DNA from: a virus
Strand: one strand, 5' to 3'
Length of the DNA stretch: 64,000 nucleotides
IMG/VR virus record: IMGVR_UViG_3300032032_000001
Location: 84,365 to 148,364 of that record
In this document: in pieces, positions 25,539 to 33,543 of the stretch
How the letters are laid out: every line of letters begins with the position of its first letter
Numbering within the stretch: the first letter of the stretch is position 1
Notes under the pieces: generated by a model
What the model was told of the DNA's origin: nothing
Databases searched by the model: none
The model's input: the letters and a program-made list of their open reading frames with translations, nothing else
Made by a program: the position numbers and the translations under genes

Positions 25539-26198
25539 TCAGATTGGGAGGGGTTTTCGTTTATGCTCCCTCTTGAGGAACCTAATCGCACGCAGAACGG
25601 CTCGTTGATACCTAGCCGGTCTACTACATTTACGGACGCACTTGTCGAAGAACTCTTTGTCCTCGATAGCCCCGCATCTATTTTTTTCGATACACTGGTT
25701 CATCCGGACCTTCCAGCCCTGACCTCCGTTGTAACAAGCGTAGGCGTTCCTACCTCTACACTGCTTGTAGTTATTTCTGAATAAGAGCAGTATACGAATA
25801 CCAGCCTTCACATTGACCGGTATATGTAACATTTCCTTTTCACAATTAACTACACCAAACTCTCTCTTGAGTCTCTTGCGGTGTATGCGACAGTTGACCT
25901 GTATAACCCCATAATCTCCCGTATGGCTTACAGCCCTAGGGGTGAGATTGGATTCAACAATACCTATGGCGAGGATCTCAAACGGATCAACCCCATCAGG
26001 GATGTGCTTTACGATTTCTTTCACAACCAGACGCTGCCTATCAGACAGCTTCTTCGGAGGCTTTCTACCAGACCCACTATAGTTCTGGGCGTACGCCAGA
26101 CTACAGGTGATCATAAGAAAAAAAGTAATTAAAGAAACAACCAGACGTAGTTTAGATCTCATTTCAAAAATCTCCGCGCTAATAATTATACTCCACAC
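25539..26198 (-). CDS. SLT-family lytic transglycosylase with signal peptide (start probably ATG 26162)
   Basis: VESNL, GDYGVIQVN, ACYNGG motifs; hydrophobic N-terminus. Confidence 0.8.
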   Translation of the reverse strand: MWSIIISAEIFEMRSKLRLVVSLITFFLMITCSLAYAQNYSGSGRKPPKKLSDRQRLVVKEIVKHIPDGVDPFEILAIGIVESNLTPRAVSHTGDYGVIQVNCRIHRKRLKREFGVVNCEKEMLHIPVNVKAGIRILLLFRNNYKQCRGRNAYACYNGGQGWKVRMNQCIEKNRCGAIEDKEFFDKCVRKCSRPARYQRAVLRAIRFLKREHKRKPLPI

Positions 26199-26575
26199 AA
26201 GCAGGGGGGCGACATATTACACGCCACCACCCCTACTTGTACAGAGATCTCACCTTGCTTCAGCAAAAGGCGAACCCTAGCCACTCCTTGAGGGACCCCT
26301 CGGGGTAATCGAAGAAGTATGGATTGAGAGTTCGGGGGATTCTTGTCTAACCGATGTCGCTTGTCCTTCTACGAAGAAACAAGGTATTACCAGAAGACTG
26401 GAAAATCCCTCCCGCTCAGCCCTGTCTTTCCAGGCAGTCATCCTAAGATAGTTTCGCAGACCTAAGTCTGTTTCCCTGCGTCCTAAGAAACGCCTTAGAC
26501 AACTCTCCAATATAACGAATCTGCTCACGGTGCACTCGCGTCAGCCCAGGTCATATAGTCTAATTGCCTAACAAA
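26198..26575 (-). ncRNA. Candidate structured ncRNA
   Basis: Promoter motif upstream, several perfect hairpins, long terminal hairpin, no convincing ORF. Confidence 0.45.
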
Positions 26576-26578
26576 ACT

Positions 26579-26606
26579 ATTATACCCAACTATTATTACA
26601 GTTTGC
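26579..26606 (-). promoter_or_regulatory. Promoter GCAA-N16-GGTATAAT
   Basis: Match to the recurrent intergenic motif. Confidence 0.7.
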
Positions 26607-26627
26607 ATGTAGATATTAGCGCGTAAT

Positions 26628-26924
26628 TTATTTCATTTTATCTGTTTCAAAAACAGAGTCTATTACTTGATGAAGGAGGACACCGAAAACTTGTATGCTT
26701 TGGTGCTCCATATCGGCCTCACCGAAGAAGTTTAGAGCTTCCATCACCTCGTGCCAAAATGTCTCCCAGTACAGGGACCCACTCAGGGAATCATCAATAG
26801 TTATAGTTAGTTCTGTGGGATCAAACATGCCGTAAGCTTCGGCGTGCTCCATTAGATTTTTACGTCTAACAACTTTGAGAGTGTGCCCTCCCACACGTAT
26901 CTTCTTAGGTAACTTGTTTTTCAC
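26628..26924 (-). CDS. Small zincin-like protein
   Basis: YGMFD...ITID...ETFWHEVMEAL (HExxE variant of HExxH). Confidence 0.6.
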   Translation of the reverse strand: MKNKLPKKIRVGGHTLKVVRRKNLMEHAEAYGMFDPTELTITIDDSLSGSLYWETFWHEVMEALNFFGEADMEHQSIQVFGVLLHQVIDSVFETDKMK

Positions 26925-27096
26925 AGGGACCCTCCACGAGTTATATTAACGGTGAGGGTCCTGACTAATTACCAGAGAAGTGCGAGCCTATTGATATTCG
27001 AACATCCCCCTTAGCGATACTAAGATGAATGGCCGTTGCCAAACAGAGAGCAGCTAGAGCGAGCAACCACTTAATTTTCCGCACAGAACACCAAAC

Positions 27097-27390
27097 CTAA
27101 CCTAGTTCGCGCAAACCGTTCTGCGTTTTTGCATACGCGTTGGCGAACTCTATTAGCTTAACGGCTTCGGCGTCCGCGTAGTAGCTCTTGTCCAAAGTGC
27201 ACAAATGCTTGTGTAAAACGCGGGCTGCCTCAAAGAGTTCAATACTTTTAGGATCATACGACCTAGGCATTAACCCTACATCTAAGAGATTATGGAAAAA
27301 CCCCTGTAATACCTCAGCTTTATAATCGTCTAATTCTGACAAATGTGCGTATTTTTCGAAGTCGCGGTTTATAGAATCTTTAGTACTCAT
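27097..27390 (-). CDS. Hypothetical protein
   Basis: TAATG overlap with upstream gene. Confidence 0.55.
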   Translation of the reverse strand: MSTKDSINRDFEKYAHLSELDDYKAEVLQGFFHNLLDVGLMPRSYDPKSIELFEAARVLHKHLCTLDKSYYADAEAVKLIEFANAYAKTQNGLRELG

Positions 27391-28106
27391 TAGGATAACT
27401 CTCCTTCGTTCACACGTATCATGTGCTCAACCTCGTCTGCACAGAATTCAAATAGTGGATTTCCGTTCTGGTCCTTTGCATCCGCTTCGTCCGACAACTC
27501 AGCCAGAACGTTTCCGTCCAGAACCTTCTTGTAACCAGCGAACCACATGCCAAGCTCTGAGTACTCACAGAGCATCGTCAGCTTAGGCCAATCCAGGGAC
27601 ACCGTATCCATCCACTCAAGTGGCGGACCCCACGCCGTATCAAACGATACGTACAAGCCCTCGTCCCCTTGTTTGTATGTGATGCTTAGGCCCCCGTCTT
27701 TCGTAGGAACATCCCATTTCGTGCCCCAATTTGCGATAGCCCAGCCGTACCAGCTTTTGAACCCGTATGCCTCCAAGTTGTACTTGTAGAGGTCAGCGTC
27801 CTTTTTCGTGAACCTAGGTTTGTCTTGCGCCTCGAAGAGCGCGATTAATTTTTCACGAACTTCTGGATCATCCTTAGCAATTCCACTCTCCTTAATATCT
27901 ACCCAACCAAACGCATAGTCGGGTATTTCGCCATAATAAAGATTGTACGAGAACTCATCTGTTCCCTTCGAAGCTTCTTTAAGCGACTCCGGCATCGGAA
28001 ATAGTGCTGACAAGAGCCCTTCCGAGTTTTCTATCTTAGAAACAAAAAGGGCCAACTCTTCAGCTGGCCCCTTTACAGTTAATTCGTTGCTACACCAATT
28101 TGGCAT
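27390..28106 (-). CDS. DUF1281/YubB ferredoxin-like protein
   Basis: MPNWCSN, WYGWAIANWGTKWD, FDTAWGPP; GGAGG SD. Confidence 0.75.
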   Translation of the reverse strand: MPNWCSNELTVKGPAEELALFVSKIENSEGLLSALFPMPESLKEASKGTDEFSYNLYYGEIPDYAFGWVDIKESGIAKDDPEVREKLIALFEAQDKPRFTKKDADLYKYNLEAYGFKSWYGWAIANWGTKWDVPTKDGGLSITYKQGDEGLYVSFDTAWGPPLEWMDTVSLDWPKLTMLCEYSELGMWFAGYKKVLDGNVLAELSDEADAKDQNGNPLFEFCADEVEHMIRVNEGELS

Positions 28107-28131
28107 AATTCCTCCATGTTTGTTTTTTTGA

Positions 28132-29526
28132 TTATCTATCCTCTCCGTCCCACACAGCCATGTGTAGTCCGTACACGTCAATAGAGCCTAGGTGGCTCGG
28201 TGGTCCCGACCGCCTTCTTCTCTGCTCTTTTTTCTCTACCCTGGCTCCACGAATCTCTTCAAGAAGAGACCGAGCCTGGGCCACAGACATAATGAATGTG
28301 CTTACGTTTTCATGGGTATTTCGAACTTCATCGAGCATACACTCGATCTCTACGTCACTCAGGTAGTTCACAAAACTTAACACTCCACAGAACCTTTTGC
28401 TCACCCTCGTCCAGGGTGAATACACGGACTCCGTTGTTATCAACAGACACCGAAAGTTCTCTGTTGTTGTTAGCTGATCTATTAGGAAGGATGTCTACAC
28501 GTCTACTGTCGTGGGCTTCCCCACTCTCTCCAAGATACACGGTAAGGTTCTTTTCGAGTTCGGCAGTCATTTGTGATCTCCAATCAATTATGTAGGTCAA
28601 CAGCTACGAGCCATTGCTGGCTTGGCTTTTCCTCACACCTTGTGTCAATGCCGGTTCGCCAACAGCAATGCTCTTGGCCATCAAGCAATGGCGTATCGAA
28701 AGTGTATCTCCCCATAGCGAGATCACACAAGTTCTTCATGTAATAAGCAGCCATGGATTCATCACCAAGTGACTGGATGTCCCTCGGAACCCGCTCCCAC
28801 TCCATAAGTCTACTGAACGCCATACCGAAGTTTTTATTACTTTCAGTTACGCGCTTCGCGTATTCTTCCTTATCCTGGACAGGGAACCCTAGCGGCCCGG
28901 TGTCATCTACGTCTTCGGCATGGATAGCGTTACCCATAACCTTGTCCCTACAGTCTTTGTACGAAGCGTCCATGCGCTCGTACGCTTGCTCTATGGTTTT
29001 GTTCCATAGCTCTGGGTCATCTTCGTACTTGAGGACATTCTTACCACCGAGGATTCCATCCCAGCGTCCCCCAATGGCGTACCAATCCCAGCACTGCCCA
29101 TCACCGTATGGCTCAAGGGCACCCTCTGCGGCCATGATGGCCTCTTCTTCTGTTTCCGCCTCTACGGCGATAAAGTGTACGGTATGCATAAGCAACCTCC
29201 TTATTAGGTTTCTAGTCGTCATTTTCTTCTGTTAATTCTTTTGGCTCTATGCCGTTATTCACAATAACATCGACTTCGTTCTGTGTCTCGATCCATAGTC
29301 GAGCGCCGCAGCTTAGGGGCTTGTGTGGGCGATATATAACCCTCGCAGCCTCCTCCCCGTCTTGCCCGTAGATCACAGCTTCATGGCCGTAGTCGTTGCT
29401 TTTGTATGTTTTCACCGTTATCACGGGCTCAGCACCACAACCGTCAGATTTTATGTTTCTGCGGATAGCGTGCTGGTTAACATGTATAACTGTTTTCATA
29501 TAGACTCCCCCTAACCAAAGTGGCAC
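28132..29526 (-). CDS. Run of small hypothetical phage genes (28132-28443, 28355-28600, 28584-29222, 29212-29526)
   Basis: Co-oriented overlapping ORFs; WDWYAIGGRW and IHVNQHAIRRN...CGAR are motifs common in phage proteins. Confidence 0.55.
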
Positions 29527-29597
29527 CCCCTGGAGGATTCGAACCTCCGACCCTCGGCTTAGAAGGCCGATGCTCTATCCAGCTGAGCTAAGGGGGC
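29521..29597 (-). tRNA. tRNA-Arg(UCU)
   Basis: Cloverleaf GCCCCCT...TCGGC-CTTCTAA-GCCGA...TTCGAAT...GCCA. Confidence 0.95.
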
Positions 29598-29611
29598 TTT
29601 AGGGGTGGACA

Positions 29612-30085
29612 CTATGATGAAATCTTGGCCCTTGTCTCCGGCGAGGAGAGGTCCAAGAAGGATATTTCACCACTTAGGATCTTGGGTGTCCAGTTACCGT
29701 TTAGCTTTTCACTGAAGAAGCTAAGCGACATCTTCTTCCCACCCTTTTCCAGGATAGAGAACGCTCTAAGTAGCGCACTATCATTCGAGATAATCATTAC
29801 CTTTTCGTGATCAGACAGCGCTGCCCACACACCTAACTCCACCGAGAAGTTGGGCTTTGTGTTGAAATCATAAATATGCAACGTTACCCCAAGACCCTCA
29901 AGCCTCTTCAGAAATTTGGTTTGAGATTGGTTTTTAGGATCCGCGATAGAGAACGCGTGTATCTCTACAGCATCCTCACTATCGGATTGGGACCGAAGCC
30001 ATTCGATGAGGCTTTCGTAATTAACGGTGATATTGATTTCACGTATTGCGAAATACAATGAGCTAAGATCTACACATACCAGCAT
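29612..30085 (-). CDS. NYN/PIN-like domain protein (degenerate)
   Basis: VCVDLSSLYF, VNYESL, FLKRLEGLGV, IISNDS. Confidence 0.55.
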   Translation of the reverse strand: MLVCVDLSSLYFAIREINITVNYESLIEWLRSQSDSEDAVEIHAFSIADPKNQSQTKFLKRLEGLGVTLHIYDFNTKPNFSVELGVWAALSDHEKVMIISNDSALLRAFSILEKGGKKMSLSFFSEKLNGNWTPKILSGEISFLDLSSPETRAKISS

Positions 30086-30095
30086 GGGCTGCTCC

Positions 30096-30344
30096 TTACA
30101 CCGCCCACGGAAGATTTTCTTTTGAGATCTCTACAGCGTATGTGCTTTCATCAGAAAACACCGCCCCAACCTCATCAACCGTCATAGGCGTTTTAATAGT
30201 CGAATTATCGAAGTGGATAACCGAGCCCCTCCTACAGGACTCCACCCACAGAATATTATTAATGTTAACCAAAGCTTCTGCGTCAGAAGAAGCCCCAATT
30301 TTTTCCAGCGGATCGTTTTTGCAAAGAGGAATCTTCTTAAGCAT
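30096..30344 (-). CDS. Hypothetical protein
   Basis: Co-oriented ORF overlapping upstream gene. Confidence 0.5.
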   Translation of the reverse strand: MLKKIPLCKNDPLEKIGASSDAEALVNINNILWVESCRRGSVIHFDNSTIKTPMTVDEVGAVFSDESTYAVEISKENLPWAV

Positions 30345-30987
30345 CTGTCTTCACCCTCCCCACCATCCAATCAGCAACCGCCTTGGCTGCTGCGCTGTAT
30401 TGGAACCCACGCCCCATCTTTTGATCGTATTCAACCCCAAGGTCGTTCGCAAGCGCACATATTACTTCAAGACCGTACACCGCGTCCATGGACTCTACAA
30501 TTTTACCGTTACGAAAGATGGCCCCCTTAGGGCTCCAACAGGAAACCTCTCGGATATCCTTGCACATCAACTGAGACACGATTTCCTCGGCCCAGCCTAT
30601 TTCATCAATATCACCGGCACGCATCCCACCAGACTCGTTGATGAGTCCTTTGACGCTCTCCGCGATCACTTCGACGGCTTCGTAATTAAGGGTTCTTTGG
30701 CTCACATGGGTCTGGGTAAACCCAGAAACAATGTCTTCTGGCAGCCCTGCTTCAATGTAAGCGTCTGGTTCGAATAGTGTGTGGCCATCGCCAATCGCCA
30801 CTACCTTCTCAATTGTTTCGTTGGACAGCTTTTCTGCCCATCCTTTTGAAAGTGTCATATGACTCTCCTTTTTCTGTTTTATTTCTTCGTAATAAATTCC
30901 CACTGGGGATTCCCAGCAGTATGGACAATTTGGGGTGTCTCTTAAAAAAGCGTGCCCACAACTAAAGCACCTTATCACTTGGTTCAT
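30337..30987 (-). CDS. Hypothetical protein with N-terminal Zn ribbon; probable internal start near 30859
   Basis: CFSC...CPYC; AAGGAG SD before internal ATG (MTLSKG). Confidence 0.55.
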   Translation of the reverse strand: MNQVIRCFSCGHAFLRDTPNCPYCWESPVGIYYEEIKQKKESHMTLSKGWAEKLSNETIEKVVAIGDGHTLFEPDAYIEAGLPEDIVSGFTQTHVSQRTLNYEAVEVIAESVKGLINESGGMRAGDIDEIGWAEEIVSQLMCKDIREVSCWSPKGAIFRNGKIVESMDAVYGLEVICALANDLGVEYDQKMGRGFQYSAAAKAVADWMVGRVKTDA

Positions 30988-31108
30988 TTTTAGCCACTAC
31001 ATGCCTTGAACATTCTGGGCAACTACGTATAGGTACGCCACGTTTTAGCTTAGTCCTATAGAGCGCCCCGCATCCGGGACATTTAATCGAGACTACTTTT
31101 TTAGCCAT
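30962..31108 (-). CDS. 48-aa Zn-ribbon microprotein (not in ORF track)
   Basis: Hand translation MAKKVVSIKCPGCGALYRTKLKRGVPIRSCPECSRHVVAKNEPSDKVL. Confidence 0.55.
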   Translation of the reverse strand: MAKKVVSIKCPGCGALYRTKLKRGVPIRSCPECSRHVVAKNEPSDKVL

Positions 31109-31448
31109 AAGGCTTCATTTCCCTCCACTCTTTTTTGTAATAAAATGAGGCATCTGTTTAGCTAATCGCGCATCCTCGCCACAAAGCTACCATCGGCGGG
31201 CGGTGCTCCCCCATGCCTCCCTGCGGGTTTGAGAGAGCCTACAATATTGCTCCGGGCCGAAGTCGGTGTTCGGCGGGAGCAGACCCAGTGGTGGCGCATG
31301 GGAAAAATCGCGCCCACTTCCGACACAGGGTTTTTGCTGGCTGGCTCTCATCTTCTCTCCACGGAGATAAGTTAATAATACTTTATTACAAGCCTGTGTA
31401 AAATACCCTGTTTTACTACTTCTATCAAAGACCCTAGGTATAAAAATA

Positions 31449-31524
31449 TGGTGGGCCGCCTGGGACTTGAACCCAGAACCTGCGGATTAAAAGTCCGATG
31501 CTCTACCTGTTGAGCTAACGGCCC
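31449..31524 (-). tRNA. tRNA-Lys(UUU)
   Basis: Cloverleaf with CGGA-CTTTTAA-TCCG, encoded CCA. Confidence 0.95.
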
Positions 31525-31537
31525 TGTACAAGTTAGG

Positions 31538-31623
31538 TGGTGGGGCTGGAGGGACTCGAACCCTCAATCCCATAGGGCGTCAGATTTTAAGTCTGATGCG
31601 TATACCAATTCCGCCACAGCCCC
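31538..31623 (-). tRNA. tRNA-Leu(UAA)
   Basis: TCAGA-CTTAAAA-TCTGA, long variable arm, encoded CCA. Confidence 0.95.
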
Positions 31624-31633
31624 TAGCGATACA

Positions 31634-32002
31634 CTAATTCATGTACCCTTTGTCGGGTTTTGGCATGTTCGCTAACATTTGCTCAGCAAGCTCGTCTTTA
31701 GTCATTGGGCGTCGCTCTTCTGCGAGCCCACTATCAATAATTATGTCCTTGAGCATCTCAAGCTTTTTGTGATGTTCCTCAAGAGTTTCGCACATGGACC
31801 CCATCAGGTTTGCGATGGATGGGAACTTCTCCTGAAAAGCAGCCGCCTCCCTCATATGGGAAGTCAGCCCCTCAAGCATGGGAACGACACTGCTTAAATC
31901 GTCGTCATCCTCACCGCTTTCGGACTTCTCTTTAATGAAGCTAGTGAACTGCTCCATAATTTCAATAAGGTTAATCTCTTCTACTTCGCCCTTTTTACTC
32001 AT
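31634..32002 (-). CDS. Hypothetical acidic helical protein
   Basis: GGAGG SD. Confidence 0.6.
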   Translation of the reverse strand: MSKKGEVEEINLIEIMEQFTSFIKEKSESGEDDDDLSSVVPMLEGLTSHMREAAAFQEKFPSIANLMGSMCETLEEHHKKLEMLKDIIIDSGLAEERRPMTKDELAEQMLANMPKPDKGYMN

Positions 32003-32033
32003 AAGACCTCCAGATGTGATGAGTGTTTTGTTG

Positions 32034-32130
32034 TGGTACGCCCGGTGGGACTCGAACCCACGACCTTGCGCTTATCAGGCGCTAATACGAGGTATAAGCT
32101 CGCTGCTCTAACCAACTGAGCTACGGGCGC
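32034..32130 (-). tRNA. Atypical 97-nt tRNA-Ile with two anticodon-like arms (UAU and GAU)
   Basis: Canonical acceptor, D and T arms, A73 plus CCA; GCGAG-CTTATAC-CTCGT then GCGC-CTGATAA-GCGC. Confidence 0.85.
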
Positions 32131-32139
32131 GTAGTTCAC

Positions 32140-32241
32140 CTACAGGCTCCGTATAAGATGGATAGCTACAGCCAAAATGCCGCTGAATAGGATGATGGGT
32201 ATCCGAGAGCGGAAGTGCTCTCTCCAATCAAACTGTTTCAT
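32140..32241 (-). CDS. 33-aa membrane peptide (not in ORF track)
   Basis: GGAGG SD, MKQFDWREHFRSRIPIILFSGILAVAIHLIRSL, downstream of promoter motif. Confidence 0.5.
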   Translation of the reverse strand: MKQFDWREHFRSRIPIILFSGILAVAIHLIRSL

Positions 32242-32283
32242 ATTCCTCCGGATATCTAAGACACTAAATTGTGACTCAATCTG

Positions 32284-32311
32284 CTTATACCTCATAAGGT
32301 CAACCTCTTGC
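32284..32311 (-). promoter_or_regulatory. Promoter GCAA-N16-GGTATAAG upstream of tRNA cluster
   Basis: Exact motif match. Confidence 0.75.
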
Positions 32312-32313
32312 GG

Positions 32314-32694
32314 TCAGTCTTCATCGTCGGTTACGACTGGTAGCTTTTTCGCACATAGGTTTGCGTACTCTTTATACAGGTGTTTTTTCGCGTCCTCTGA
32401 CCGAGCGCCTTCAAATATAAGCTCAAGCGCCATGGAGGACAACATGTGGGAGTAGCACCCACAGTTCTCAGAGCATGGGAAGTTATCTTTCTCCAAGCTC
32501 TCTTTACAATCCTCGTTGAATTTTCCACGATAACGGGTTGCCATATTTATGCTGGAGATGGCAACGATTAGATCTTGGACGCAATCCTCGTTCACAGAGA
32601 GCGTCTCTATTTCCTCCTCCACCACCTTTCGGGTCGGGAAGGGTATTATTTTGGCAGTAGTGCCCTTGGGCTGTTTTTCGTCTTCTGACATCAC
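32314..32694 (-). CDS. Hypothetical protein with Cys/His cluster
   Basis: C...CSENCGCYSH. Confidence 0.55.
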   Translation of the reverse strand: MMSEDEKQPKGTTAKIIPFPTRKVVEEEIETLSVNEDCVQDLIVAISSINMATRYRGKFNEDCKESLEKDNFPCSENCGCYSHMLSSMALELIFEGARSEDAKKHLYKEYANLCAKKLPVVTDDED

Positions 32695-32903
32695 TTCATC
32701 CCTTTAGGGTTATCGACCGGAGTCACTCTCCGGAGACTGCCACATTTTAACCCCGTTACGGGGTCGGGTAACAGAGGCCAGATTACTGTCTAATAATGGG
32801 GTCCCATAGATATATTTCATAACACGCACTCTCGATTATTAACGAGTATACACCGGTGTTTGTGGACATCTGTATATCAACAACGAAACCTGTAGAGTCC
32901 CCA

Positions 32904-32931
32904 GTAATTTCAAACCCTTTGTTGGTATAAG
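32904..32931 (+). promoter_or_regulatory. Promoter GTAA-N16-GGTATAAG
   Basis: Variant of recurrent motif before a + strand gene. Confidence 0.6.
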
Positions 32932-32980
32932 CCAGATGAAGGCAAATAACTGTCTTCACCACAACCAAGTAGGAGCAACT

Positions 32981-33505
32981 ATGATTGTTGATTTTGAGGT
33001 GGTTAAAACCACAACGTTCGGTAGATTTTTAGCAGCATCGTTCCAAGACGCGCTGCGCCAGCTAATGGAGGGCCCCGAGCCTGGGGATCCATCCTCCCTG
33101 GATATGAGTGCGCTTGATATTGGCGTAACCCTCAACGGTCGGGATCTCGACATCCGTAGGGTGTTTAGCTCATTTGGGTCCGGGAGCAGCACTCCGGAGC
33201 AGCAGAGCAATGAAACCCGCCCCCCTATGCCCTCTGAGATTGTTGTCTCACGTGAATGGCTACGCAACTTAGCGGATAATGTTCAGACCGCCTACGACGA
33301 AACGCACTCCGTGGACAGCTATGTGTACGATCAATTCTATGACGGCGCTTCCGCAGCAGCGTCTGTTGTAACCGCTGATGTAGAAGAGGCTGCCCGAGAG
33401 GCGGCGTCTGACCACAGTCCCGGAGACTCGGCCAATTATGAGGTACGAGAATCATTGGGTCAAGCGCGGGCAGACATAGACAGTATGCTGGAGGGTGTTG
33501 GGTAA
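32981..33505 (+). CDS. Hypothetical protein
   Basis: AGGAG SD before ATG 32981. Confidence 0.6.
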   Translation: MIVDFEVVKTTTFGRFLAASFQDALRQLMEGPEPGDPSSLDMSALDIGVTLNGRDLDIRRVFSSFGSGSSTPEQQSNETRPPMPSEIVVSREWLRNLADNVQTAYDETHSVDSYVYDQFYDGASAAASVVTADVEEAAREAASDHSPGDSANYEVRESLGQARADIDSMLEGVG

Positions 33506-33541
33506 AAAATTGTGGGGGGCTTTACACCCCCCACTTTTTTT
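33505..33541. terminator. Bidirectional terminator
   Basis: A-run, GTGGGGG...CCCCCAC hairpin, T-run between convergent genes. Confidence 0.75.
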
Positions 33542-33543
33542 AA

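Noticed and set aside
31146-31370. tmRNA or RNase P RNA
   Set aside because: No tRNA-like ends and no GAGGAAAGUCC core; kept only as an unclassified ncRNA candidate
32034-32130. Ordinary intron-containing tRNA
   Set aside because: Removing 21 nt from loop to loop leaves GCGAG opposite GCGCA, which does not pair; the insert is too short for a self-splicing intron
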